Assembly (NCBI RefSeq): GCF_902459465.1
Contig: NC_047062.1
Span: 248,001 to 312,000 of the forward strand
Length of the DNA: 64,000 bases
Source: Asterias rubens
Taxonomy: Eukaryota
Direction: 5' to 3'
Of this stretch, positions 47,741 through 59,700 are shown one piece after another (within the stretch, counting starts at the first letter, position 1; every line of letters starts with the position of its first letter). Both the position numbers and the translations under genes were made by a program. The notes under the pieces were generated by a model. That model was given only the letters and a program-made list of their open reading frames with translations, did no database searches and was not told the DNA's origin.

Positions 47741-49549
47741 AATAATAATGAATAGGGTAGATGGCCTTAGCTTTCGATCCAATCCGGACCTTCTTCAGAG
47801 GCATAAAACAAGTACAAACAAATACATATCCATTTATAGAGAAAGAGAGGGGGAAAGGGATTAAGGAAAGGATCCAGAAAGAAGCGGGAAAATAACAGCC
47901 AATCAAAGTTCCTATTTCAGAAACAATATTGGTGGCTATGAACCAATGGGAGTGAAGTGGCGAGGACAAAGGATGTTTAGAATGAAAGGAAGGGTTACTG
48001 GACCATAAAAGTGGTAAACGTATTGTTCGACAACAATGCAGGGAGACATGAAAGGGTAGGATTAGAGAGCAAGTTGCATCATGATGCAACTAACAATGGT
48101 CAATTAATAAGAATAGCAAGATCAGCAAGATCAAAGGTATGATGATTTTAAAAATAGGTATGAGGGACCTGTGGAAAAAAAGGGGGGGGGGGTTACTTAC
48201 ATCAGATAGTTACAGTGATGAATTTATAAAAACAACTTTAAACTAGGTTAATTTATACTTTATGTACAGAATATATACAGCATATAAGTTCTTAGGCAGA
48301 AGTGAAGTGGAGGGTAATGAGAAGTTATTTAACACCAGTATTTATGTTAAGTCCAAAGGGTTTGACTGTCTTGAGTTGGTGAATCCAGTGTGATTCTCTA
48401 TTCTTGCGGTGTGTGTCATCACCATTGCAAGCTTCAATCACCAGAAGTTCAACATCAATGACACTATGATTGGGGCTGTTAGTGGATAGAGACTGGGTAC
48501 GGTTTCTTAGTCTTTATGGAAGAGACATGATTCGCAAAGCGAAGACTAAGTTTGGTCTTAGTCTCTCCCACATATTGTAGCCCACATCTCTTACATGATA
48601 TGACATAGACTACATTAGACGTGCTGCATTCAGAGTCGGTCTTGATGTTGTATGAAGAGCCAGTGGTATGACTCTTCACCTTAAGTGAGGGCTTAATGTG
48701 CAGACACGTTTTGCATTTGGAACGGGTACATTTGTGACAGCCCAGTATATCTGTCGGGGGTTGTGTTTGGACTGTACCTGGGGGAAGTTTGGCCCTGACT
48801 AGTATGTCACCAAGGTTCTTAGGGCGGCGGAATGCAACCATGGGAACCTCAGTGATTGCTGAGTGTAACCTGCTGGAGGAGTGAAGTATAGGCATGTTAT
48901 TATTGAGAATTGAGGGAAGTTTGGGTAGTTTGGGGTGGAAGGTGGTGACCAAATCAACTCTATTGGTAGGAGCTTTTTTAGCTCCCGTGTTAGTCAACAG
49001 AGTATGACGAGGTACGTTGAGAGCCCTGTTGATAGCAAGTTGGACCCTACGTTCGCTGTGTCCCCTAGATACAAGGTGTTTCCTTAGCTCTGATGAGCGC
49101 CTCTTGTACAGGGTATCTGTGGAACAGATACGCCTGATACGTAAGGCCTGACTGTAAGCAATTGCCTTCTTACAGTGACTAGGGTGACAGCTATTGGAGA
49201 GAAGGTACTAGTGGGTGTCGGTGGGTTTACTGTAAACATCTGTGACAAGGCCATTAGGAGACTTGGTTACTGTCACATCTAGAAAGTTCACACTGGTGAG
49301 AGATTGTTCGGTAGTGAACTTTATGGTGGGGTGAAATGAGTTGATATGGTCAATAAACTCATCCAAGCTGTCTTGGTCACCACACCAGATGGAGAAAATA
49401 TCATCAATAAATCTCCACCAAACGAGTGGTCGGTTGGGGGCGGAGGACAGGAGTCTGTCCTCCAACTGAGACATGAATAGGTTAGCATATGAGGGTGCCA
49501 TTTTGGTACCCATGGCAGTACCCTGTACCTGTAGAAAATGCCTGTCAGA
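47741..49549 (-). mobile_element. Penelope-like retroelement (Neptune-type): 5'-truncated RT plus GIY-YIG, pseudogenised
   Basis: RT FLQVQGTAMGTKMAPSYANLFM...WWRFIDDIF, a CxxC-x4-CxxC linker (CHKCTRSKCKTC), and GIY-YIG VYVISCKRCGLQYVGET..RF.NH. There is a premature TAG at 49208-49210, a frameshift at ~48481 and the natural stop at 48325-48327. Confidence 0.93.
47764..47802 (-). ncRNA. Minimal type I hammerhead ribozyme in the Penelope 3' pLTR
   Basis: Minus strand GCCT-CUGAAGA-AGGUCC-GGAUU-GGAUC-GAAA-GC-UA-AGGC. It has a 4-bp stem I (GCCU/AGGC), both conserved core boxes, stem II, a palindromic AGCU stem III and a CUA cleavage triplet. Confidence 0.8.
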
Positions 49550-49916
49550 AAATAATAATAATAATAATAATAATACAGCATTTTTAAAGCGCACTAAATC
49601 TGTAGAACATTCAAAGGCGCTGGTCAAAGAACAAAAAGAAAATTTCACTCTATATCTGCAAAGGCTTATCTGAAGAGATGGGTTTTGAGAGAATGTTGGA
49701 ATCGAGAGATGTCATGTGTGTCCTTGAGATGATGAGGCAGAGAGTTCCAGAGGCGGGGTGAAATGTTACTAAATGCCCTGTCCCCATAGCTGGATAAACG
49801 GGTCAGAGGAACATAGAGAATGCTGCCAGATGACCTCAGACCCGGCCTGACACTACGGGGCTGAATCATGTTCTGTATGTAGGTAGGGGATAGTCCATGG
49901 AGAGCCTTGAATGTCT
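49550..49916 (-). mobile_element. 3' end of an L2/CR1-group LINE with an (ATT)n tail
   Basis: TFKALHGLSPTYIQNMIQP...LRSS...YGDRAFSNISPRLWNSLP..LK....F...LKTHLFR* (stop at 49666) is a typical L2/CR1 ORF2 C-terminus. The tail lies at 49550-49574. Confidence 0.85.
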
Positions 49917-51149
49917 ATGCATAAAATAACAAACCTTTGAAAATTTGAGCTCAATTGGTCGTCGAAACTGCGAGAAAATAATGAAAGAAAAAAACACCCT
50001 TGTCGCACGACGTTGTGCGCTTTCAGATGCTTGATTTCGAGACCTCAAATTCTAAATCTTAGGTCTCGAAATCAAATTCGTTTGAAATTACTTCTTTCTA
50101 GAAAACTACGTCACTTCAGAGGGAGCCGGTTTCTCACAATGTTGTATATACTATCAACCTCTCCCCATTACTCGAATACCAAGGTTTTATGTTAATAATT
50201 ATTTTGAGTAATGACCAATAGTGTCCTCTGCCTTTAAATAGAAAAGTTGGTTGCATTGTTTAGATTAGCTTCAATACATTGTTTTATGAGTCGGGCCTAG
50301 AATGTTGGTGCGTTTCATCAATGAAGAGATGTATGTTTTAAGACCTTTGTGTTGTTTTCAGTACTTTGAATAGAGGTCTTATAATGCAATAACGAATAAA
50401 CTACCCGTTTGCATTTGAATATGACGATTTACATTAATTGCTAAAGATTTTGACAAGATGCTGTTTCATCAGATAAAAGGAATCGTATATCGAAAGGAAT
50501 CGTATATCGAAAGGAATCGTATATCAAAAAGACTTTTAATAAGTTCTTACATCCTTTTCAAAATAAAGCCACCACTCTCAAGAACATCATCTCTCTGTTA
50601 AACCACCAAAGTTTTTCGTTCCTTTTGTGACATATTAATTATTATGACGTTTGAATATTTTGGGTGTACAAAAAATGAACAAATGAAAGATGGGTTAAAA
50701 CTTGACCCAAAGAGCAAAGTCCTAAACAATACATTTAAGTTAAGACCTAAACAATACATTTAGACAAACAATACTTAAATGATCACTACCCCCGTTACTA
50801 TAACCAACAACAAAAGATACCTCTCTTAGTTCAACCATGCAAAGTATCAAGAATAAAGGAACATAATAATCCGGGTTGCAATACGGACCATCCCACATCA
50901 CAGTCTCAACCCTCAACCAAAAGGAAAACATTACGGTAACAGATGTTACTCTTATTCAAGTTATCGCTTTAGTCCTGCATGGACTTGACTCAATGAGTCC
51001 CATGATAGAGCCGTCGCCAGAAAACTATTGTTTTCGGACGTATGGTCGGCGCGTATATAGACCTGTAGGTCTACAATTTTTAATTGTAGAAGCCGAGTGG
51101 TAGTAATTTTACTAATATGCCTTGCAGTAACACTGCTGCGTTACCAAAG

Positions 51150-51411
51150 TGGTTTGGTCACCTCCAACGAATGGGAACAAATCGCATCACTAAACAACTC
51201 TACAGCTGGTCACCAACCCATGGGAAACGCAGATGAGGGCGCCCTAGAACATCATGGGAAAATGTAATCCAGAGGGACCTCTCCAGACTGGGCACTGGGT
51301 GGTCTGTGGAGGAGGCAGAAGTGGCAGCTTAAGACCGGTCTATTTTGAAGCATCTCACAAGTCAGGCAGCCGGTGCAGAATTGCATGATGCTAACCGATG
51401 ATGATGATGAT
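51150..51411 (+). mobile_element. 5'-truncated RTE-clade LINE fragment with 10-bp TSD
   Basis: WFGHLQRMGTNRITKQLYSW.P..GKRR*GRPRTSW...IQRDL, with a (GAT)n tail. TSD GTTACCAAAG at 51140-51149 and 51412-51421. Confidence 0.88.
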
Positions 51412-53425
51412 GTTACCAAAGACACGCGCACGCAGTGATGTTTTTACTCAACTTTTTCGTTCGTATTTGCTTTTAAAATACTCATCAAACATTTAAAAGT
51501 CTCGCAGCCTTTTGAAAATAAATTAAATCCATTTTGAAAACGGGTCTCAATTTCATTTGAATTGTTGCACTCTATCGTTGTAAAATGATTTCGATTTGCT
51601 TTTGTTATTTCATGATGATTAAATTTATGACGTATGAAATGGTGGATAACCTTCTTGCAGCTGATATCTTTAGTGGCAGGGAGTGATACATGGCTTCTCC
51701 ATGCTGTTTCAATGAAGGGAATGTGAAAACTGATAGAGGTGAGGGTCTGCTAAATGGGCATCATATTCAACACAGTGTTTGAATCCACGATGACCTCTGC
51801 CCATGTCTGATCGGTGATTCACCCCAAGATTAATTACGAATGACTGATGGCTGAATCTTTCATCGGGCGCAGATTGCGATTGCGATCACAGTTCGATCTT
51901 GGATCGACTGGGAGTGGTCACTGGTTCCAGTCGAAGCAGCAGAGACAACAAGGTGATTGTAACAATCTTGCCTCTGATGTTGTTTGCTCTTGGTTTTTAG
52001 ACAAGACCCAGGATTGGGCAAAAGTTGTGAAATGTTCAGATTGCGGTTTGTCTGTAGATTATGAAAATATGGATGGTGCTGATTTTACCCACATACGGTT
52101 GAGTAAGTGAGGAGTTACATTATACTTCCTATGAATTATTCACGCGTATAGTTAATCAATATCACACTAAATATGTAGCCTAGGCTTTATTCACTTGAAA
52201 TCTTTTTGCACGTAAACCAAGATTCAGGACTTGTGTGCAACGAAGCAAACACGAGTCTTCGATCAAGGACAAAGTGCAATGACCGGGAGGTGATACAACG
52301 TGTCACCCTCTGCTCCATATGAACAACTTGCTCGCATCTGCTCACTGAGCTCCGTGTCCATGCGCTCAGCGCAGGAAAATGACACTCAAAAAGACCCGTC
52401 ACTGACAACTTTCGCGAGTAAATGGAAAGTACGTCTAGGTTTCTCACCAACTCGCTACGCATTTCAAAGTTCAAAGTATTACCTTTAGCTTGGTTATTTT
52501 TTGGGTATTTATTATGCTCGGGAAAAGGGGGCTTTTTTCAGTCAAAAACGGGGTGTAAAACCTCAAAATCGGCAAAGTCAATGGAGGTCAACACGATTAT
52601 TGACCATTTTCCGGTGGGTTGCCTCACTGAATTGAACAGCACAGTCGTTCCTTTTGTCCCACAGATTCAACTCGCGCTTCTGAATAAAGTACATAAGATT
52701 TCCGTTCCACTCGTATAAGAATCATTTTGATTGGACTAGGAGAAAAAGGGGCTTTTTTGCTTCCAATCATGCAACGTCTCTCTTCTAAGACATGACCCGA
52801 TTACCATAATGCAAAGTATTTCTTTAGTCTGGCTCCATATATAATCTCTTGTAAACACGCGTATAATGTAGGTTGAACGGGGAACTAGATTAGACCACGC
52901 AGTCTTTTCGTCGAAGACGAAGCACGCCGGACGGGTGTTAGTTTTGCCCCCTTCAATGTTCATTTTCATTGATTCAATGGCTCAAAACTAAGTTCAGTGT
53001 AGGAATATAGATCTTACAACATAGGGTTTCTGTTATGTTCATAACATTCACTGGATGAGTCTTTTTTGTCGTCAATAGTAGTCGGGCCGTATCATTTTTC
53101 TTCGAGGGGTGACTGTTGAGTGTTGTTGTGATAGTCGCTATTGTCGCGTGTTTCCCCATCTCGCCTACACATAGACATGTGCACGCACACACCCCCACAG
53201 AGGAAATGGGATTTGTTGCACGAAACCAAGGTAAAGTTGTAGGTGGCAGTTACGCCATTCGCTGCGCGCCTTTTAGAAGACCAGTGATTGGCGTGGATTA
53301 CTGAAGTAGTTGCTTATTATTTAAACAAGCTATTTCATTGTCAGTCAGTCATTATCATCAAGTGCCGGAAACATCGTACCATCGTCCGAAATTAAGGGGC
53401 CACGGAGTAAAACAAACTTTTCACG

Positions 53426-56003
53426 ATGGGCGAAGCAGGACTGACGATCGGTGGTGCTGTGATCATCTCATTTATTACTTGGACTGTTTTATTCTGGTTG
53501 ATATTCTTCCTTCAACCCCATCGTAGCTACAGATGGAATGGGAGAATGGTTGCATGCATCCACGGCATCGTAATCTCACTACTCTCACTTGTTTTCGGAA
53601 TTTGGTTCAACCCTTCGCCGTTTACGGAACCTGGTGAGTAGGCCTCCCTCAGTTAAATTTCTATATTCGGACTGAAAACTACTGGTACCGTGCGTGCCGG
53701 GAATAAGTTAATTATAGTTTTCTAGTTCTCAAACAAACACATCTCACAACGAACCGTATGCGAAAGTTCCTCCAAAACAGTAGTCGTTAGAAACACATTA
53801 AATAAATAAAATTACTTTGGAGCTACAGTAAACGCGATTGATGCTCTCGTGTAAACTTGGTCACCATCAAAATTGCCTTTCATTCGTTGCTAAATTATGT
53901 TAAGATACTTTTCACTCATTAATCTTCTAACATTATCTGCTCGGTGAAAAGAACTAACAATTCAGACATTTTGTAAACTTCTAATATTCGGATGCATTTA
54001 CTGTTACGACTAAGGAAGGCATGTAGCCATAAGAAGGGACAAATGACATCGTATATTATAACAATTTAACTTCACGCATTGGCTTTTTGTACACAAAATA
54101 GCACAATGATAAATTAAGTTGTATAATGTAATAATAACTACTATATAACTGACATACAGATCCTTGTCATTTGATTGGTGGACTTACTTCACGTGACATT
54201 CACTATTACTCCCATCCGCACCGGCGATCAAAAAGACCTATTCGCCCATGGGAATAGCATTTCCCATTCAACAGTTAGGATCATCCTTGTTCCCAATGTT
54301 TTTGAGCAGTACAGCGCCGCCGCGCCGCTGCTAAACAACGGAACGCCTGTGCAAATTCGATTGCTATTAAATTTGTGCATTGTTGCCGCTACGCGGCGCT
54401 ATATGATTTACAATTGAAATCAAATACAATTTATTCCGAACAAGTAATTTGTGTGATTTTTCATAATGTTATACTTTTAAAATACATCAAATGACAAGGA
54501 TCTATAATTATGTCAGCTATATATAACAAATATTGAATGGCTTCAATTCGTGGAATGAAAGTATATTATCGCTCGGTAAAATACACTCGACTTCGCCTCG
54601 TGAAATGGAACAGTCCAAATTTTACCTTGCGATAATATTCCTCCCATTCCACTCTGAGCCACTCAATATTTGTATACTATCTACTCGCATCCGCCCTATA
54701 TGGAATAAAAATTAAGCAAATGTGTTTACAAGTAAATCAAATGCTCAAACCTGAAAGCTTTTATTTTTACGCTTTAGCTTTTACAGTCGCGTTCGCATTG
54801 GACTTAAAATGATTTACTTACCGCCGCAAATTGTTCACTTACCGGTATTAAGTCCAAGAGAGAACAGCCGGTAGCTTACCGGGGTGGTAAGTTATCTGAC
54901 CCCCAAATCCAATGCGAACGCGACTTTAAGCCTATCAATATTAACTTCGTTTGATACGATATGGAAAGGTTTGCGGTAACACCATGCGGTAACACCAAAA
55001 AGGGAAAACAAAAAGACGATCAGAGCATACTGATCGAAACGTCGAGTTGAAACCAACGGTTCTTTTCAGAACCACCCCCAACTCATTAGAGGTATAGTCA
55101 TTACATGTTTACCATGCAAAGTTTCAAATCCTACTCGTTTGTTAAATAGAAAGAAATAAATGCTTCATAATATTTGGAGTATTTGCTAGGGCTGGGTCAC
55201 TTTGAAAAGAGAAAAACATCGTGTTCAAAATGGCAGCTTTCTTGGAAAAGTGTCGCTCCAGGAAAAGGTATAATATGCACAGCGCGAAGGCAGTGTCGGG
55301 AACCACATGTAGGGCCAACACTGTTAAAGTCGATTATTGCTTTTCCAAAGTAATGCTTTTATACGTCACAGTTCGTATCCATCTGTATATTATTTATTTT
55401 CTCTTTATTACAGGAAGCGAGTCCAACGTGTATGAAGTTCTCGTCATGGTTATCTGTCTGGGCTATTTTATCTTCGACTCTTTCTGGTGTCTTTGGTCCA
55501 ACGTTTATGGCAAGGAGACCAATCTATTCATCATACATCACATGGTCGCCTTTGCGGGAATGGTGACGTCACTATACCTTGGTGTTTCTGGTACTGAAAC
55601 TAATTCCACTATATTCCTGGCTGAAGTCACAAACCCATTGATGCAGTTCCGTTGGTTCATGAGGGAAGTAGGCTTGAAGGTTCACAATGTGTGGTATGAG
55701 ATCAATGATTTCATATTCATAGTGACTTATTTAACTCTGAGAGTTGGATTGTCACTTTATCTGGCATATTGTGAGGTTATACATCCACAACCAACCGACA
55801 TCTTTAAGTTTTTAGCGGTGTCATTTACTGTGATGAACATTATTCTCTCTGTAGGTATTGCACAGTTTGCTTACAGAAAATACACTGTAATGTACAAAGA
55901 TATTAAGCAATGGAACAACACTGGTGAAAGACAGTTGTGTGTAAAAGATTATGGTCAACTTAGAAACGGTAGCACCACCTTCGACCGAGAACACGGTGAT
56001 TGA
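53426..56003 (+). CDS. TLCD5: TLC domain-containing membrane protein (TLCD5/TMEM136-like), 2 exons (53426-53633, 55414-56003), 265 aa
   Basis: HRSYRWNGRMVACIHG...PSPFTEPG|SESN...LGYFIFDSFWC...HH...GVSGTETNSTIFLAEVTNPLMQFRWFMRE matches TMEM136/TLCD5 (HRSYEWSCRLVTFTHG, PWPFTHPG, ELTNPLLQMRWFLRE). The intron is phase-1 GT-AG. Confidence 0.9.
54780..54929. mobile_element. Short palindromic MITE in the TLCD5 intron
   Basis: AGTCGCGTTCGCATTGGA ... TCCAATGCGAACGCGACT. Confidence 0.7.
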
Positions 56004-56791
56004 TACAATGTCATTTCACAAAGGCCTCGAGATAGCAGTCATTAATAAAGGTTTTTAGGCAATACTATTTAAATAGAGGTTTTTAAAGAATAACTTTATT
56101 GAAATAGAACATCTATTGAAGAAAAGCCGCAACAGGACGTTTGGGACAAATCAAATAACAGACTCGATGATTAATTATACGAATTGATATTCCAATATTA
56201 TTTGCAAACTGTGGCAAAGAATATCGTTACGTAGTTGCAGGAAATTATTGTGTACATTGCTATTAAAGCAGACAACACAATGGCAAGCCAGCCAATTATT
56301 ATTTGCTCTTGTAACGTTTGAATTTCACACACAAACAGTTTTTAGTTGTAAAAAATCATTAAGGTATGTTAAAAAATCATGGTTTCGTGCCTTTAGATTA
56401 TAGGATATAGTACATGCATCTTTTGGTTATTTAATGATGAAAGAGTGAAGATATTTAGTTTGGAGTATAAAAAGTTAGGTCTTATGTTTGTACTCAATTT
56501 TACGGGTAGTTTAAATACCCTGTAGTGATACGATGAACACAATGTAAAACACCCGCAGGAAATTATCATCATTTCAACTAATTTGAATTAACACTAAATT
56601 AATGAAAATGCTGGTATACGTGCCTTTATGCGACTATTTATAAATAATGCTTTTAAGAAAAATACGTGAGCGTTTTGACTGAAGGGCATGTTTGTGATCA
56701 TAATGTAAACACATACTGGTACAGGTGACACTTGCAGTTCGTTCCTCAGAAGTATTTGTCTTTATAATATATCATACATTGTATACTTATA

Positions 56792-59700
56792 TACGGAGCT
56801 CCAGGAGTGCCATCCCACATATTGAGATACCGACATAATTTATCTCATCAAGACGACTTATTTCGTGGTATAAGTTAACTTACCGACATATTTTATCTAG
56901 CTTAGTCGACTTATTCAAAACAATTAGTCGACTAAGCAACATAGTTTATCTCACCAAGTCGACTTAGATAAAACAAAAAGTCGACTTGCTGACATAATTT
57001 GTCTCGCCAAGTCGACTTACTGAGAGTACTAAGTCGACTTACTGACATAAATTATCTCGCCAAGTCGACTTACTGAGGGTACTAACTCGACTTACTGACA
57101 TAATTTATCTCGCCAAGTCGACTTAGATAAAACAATAAGTCAACTTGCTGACATAGTTTTTTTCAACAAGTCGACTTACTGAATGTAATAAGTCGACTTA
57201 CTGACATAATTTATCTCACCAAGTCGACTTAGATAAAACAATAAGTCAACTTGCTGACATAACTTATTTCGCCAAGTTGAATTACTGAGAATATTAAGTC
57301 GACTTTCTGACAAAATATGTATCTTCAAGTCGACTTAGATAACATAATTAGTCGACTTACTGAGAGTACTAAGTCGACTTACTGACATAATTTATCTCGC
57401 CAAGTCGACTTAGATAAAACAATAAGTCAACTTGCTGACATAATTTACCTCACCAAGTCGACTTACTGAGAGTAATAAGTCAACTTACTGATAAAAATTA
57501 TCTCACCAAGTCGACTTAGATAAAATAATAAGTCAACTTACTGATATAATTTATATCGACAAGTTGACTTACAGAAACCAAGAAGTCAACATAAATCAAT
57601 TGATGGTTAGACATGTTTGAACACGTCATCTGTACAATAGTGGCACATAATTTTATGCACCTGACAAATCTATGCATGGATATTCTTTACAAGGTTTTGT
57701 GAATAGATTCACATGGTTCGTTGAATATAAGGGGTTGGTTGTGGCGACAACAACCTTTTTATCCTTTTGACAACGGCTGATGGTTGCACTTTGGTATTGT
57801 CACTTTTCAACTCGGCTCCGTTACGTGCTGTCTGGTACCTTCCATTATACATTTTGTTGTGAAGATTTTAATTGTGTAAAGGCTTATAGTTTGATGAATA
57901 ATATGACGAAAACAAACTTTTATCCTTTTGAACTGAATTCATGATTTATTGTCTCATTCTTCTCACGTAGCCATTTAGTAGGGTCAAAACGTCAGGCCAG
58001 TAACACTATTTTGCAAGTACTACACCATGTAGTGTTAGTTGGACGCAGTTTGCTAACAGCCATTACCATTTTTTAAATAAAATCAGTAAATTAATAATTT
58101 TGCTTGTTACATAAAATAAAATTGAAGAGGATGCCTGAATTGACTAATACAATCGGAGTTGGACGAGGTGTAGACTGGATTCAAGTCTTAGATTGTGGTT
58201 ATTTTTCTGCATCCAAGGCACGAAAAACGCCCCCACATTATTAGCGATCACGCGGGCCCTAACTCGCAATCTCAATACACACACGTTGCAACGTGTGCAG
58301 GCTGTGTATAAGTAAACTTCTTAATTAGTCGACTGGTTGAGATGAATTATGTCAGTAAGTCCATTTATCATTTTATCTAGGTCGACTTGGTGAGACAATA
58401 TGTCGGTAAGTCGACTTGCCATTTTATCTATAAAGTCGACTTGGTGAGATAAATAATGTCAGTAAGTCGACTTAGTACTCTCAGTTACGGAGCTCCATGA
58501 GTGCCATCCCACTTATTGAGATACTGACATAATTTATCTCATCAAGACGACTTATTTCGTGGTATAAGTTAACTTACCGACATATTTTATCTAGCTAAGT
58601 CGACTTATTCAAAACAATCAGTCGACTATTAGCAACATAGTTTATCTCACCAAGTCGTCTTAGATAAAACAAAAGGTCGACTTGCTGACATAATTTGTCT
58701 TGCCAAGTCAACTTACTGAGAGTACTAAGCCAACTTACCGACATAACTTATCTCGCCAAGTCGACTTAGATAAAACAATAAGTCAACTTGCTGACGTAAT
58801 TTTTTTCAACAAGTCGACTTACTGAGAGTACCAAGTCGACTTACTGACATAATTTACCTCGCCAAGTCGACTTAGATAAAACAATAAGTCAACTTGCTGA
58901 CATAATTTATTTCAACAAGTCGATTTACTGAGAGTACTAAGTCGACATACTGACATAATTTACCTCGCCAAGTCGACTTAGATAAAACAATAAGTCAACT
59001 TGCTGACATAATTTACCTCACCAAGTCGACTTACTGAGAGTACTAAGTCGACATACTGACATAATTTACCTCGCCAAGTCGACTTAGATAAAACAATAAG
59101 TCAACTTGCTGACATAATTTATTTCAACAAGTCGACTTACCGAGAGTAATAAGTCGACTTACTGACATAATTTATCTCACCAAGTCGACTTTATAGATAA
59201 AATGGCAAGTCGACTTACCGACATATTGTCTCACCAAGTCGACCTAGATAAAATGATAAATGGACTTACTGACATAATTCATCTCAACCAGTCGACTAAT
59301 TAAGAAGTTTACTTATACACAGCCTGCACACGTTGCAACGTGTGTGTATTGAGATTGCGAGTTAGGGCCCGCGTGATCGCTAATAATGTGGGGGCGTTTT
59401 TCGTGCCTTGGATGCAGAAAAATAACCACAATCTAAGACTTGAATCCAGTCTACACCTCGTCCAACTCCGATTGTATTAGTCAATTCAGGCATCCTCTTC
59501 AATTTTATTTTATGTAACAAGCAAAATTATTAATTTACTGATTTTATTTAAAAAATGGTAATGGCTGTTAGCAAACTGCGTCCAACTAACACTACATGGT
59601 GTAGTACTTGCAAAATAGTGTTACTGGCCTGACGTTTTGACCCTACTAAATGGCTACGTGAGAAGAATGAGACAATAAATCATGAATTCAGTTCAAAAGG

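Larger units (their letters stand above)
47673..50236. mobile_element. Family A MITE split by a 2.2-kb retroelement insertion (MITE parts 47673-47740 and 49917-50236)
   Basis: The left part ends CTCAACATAT and the right part resumes ATGCATAAAATAAC. The uninterrupted CTCAACATATGCATAAAATAAC is seen in the copy at 62777-62800. Confidence 0.85.

Noticed and set aside
49208-49648. A single 146-aa ORF with an N-terminal poly-Leu signal-like stretch
   Set aside because: It is a chimera. The poly-Leu is the (ATT)n tail of the L2 fragment fused to Penelope RT.
55221-55413. The first 64 codons of the 260-aa ORF as TLCD5 coding sequence
   Set aside because: They are intronic. Homology starts after the acceptor at 55413, and the N-terminus comes from the exon at 53426.
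57960-58010. AAAACGTCAGG in the foldback centre as another hammerhead
   Set aside because: There is no CUGAnGA box, and the GAAA core is not intact.
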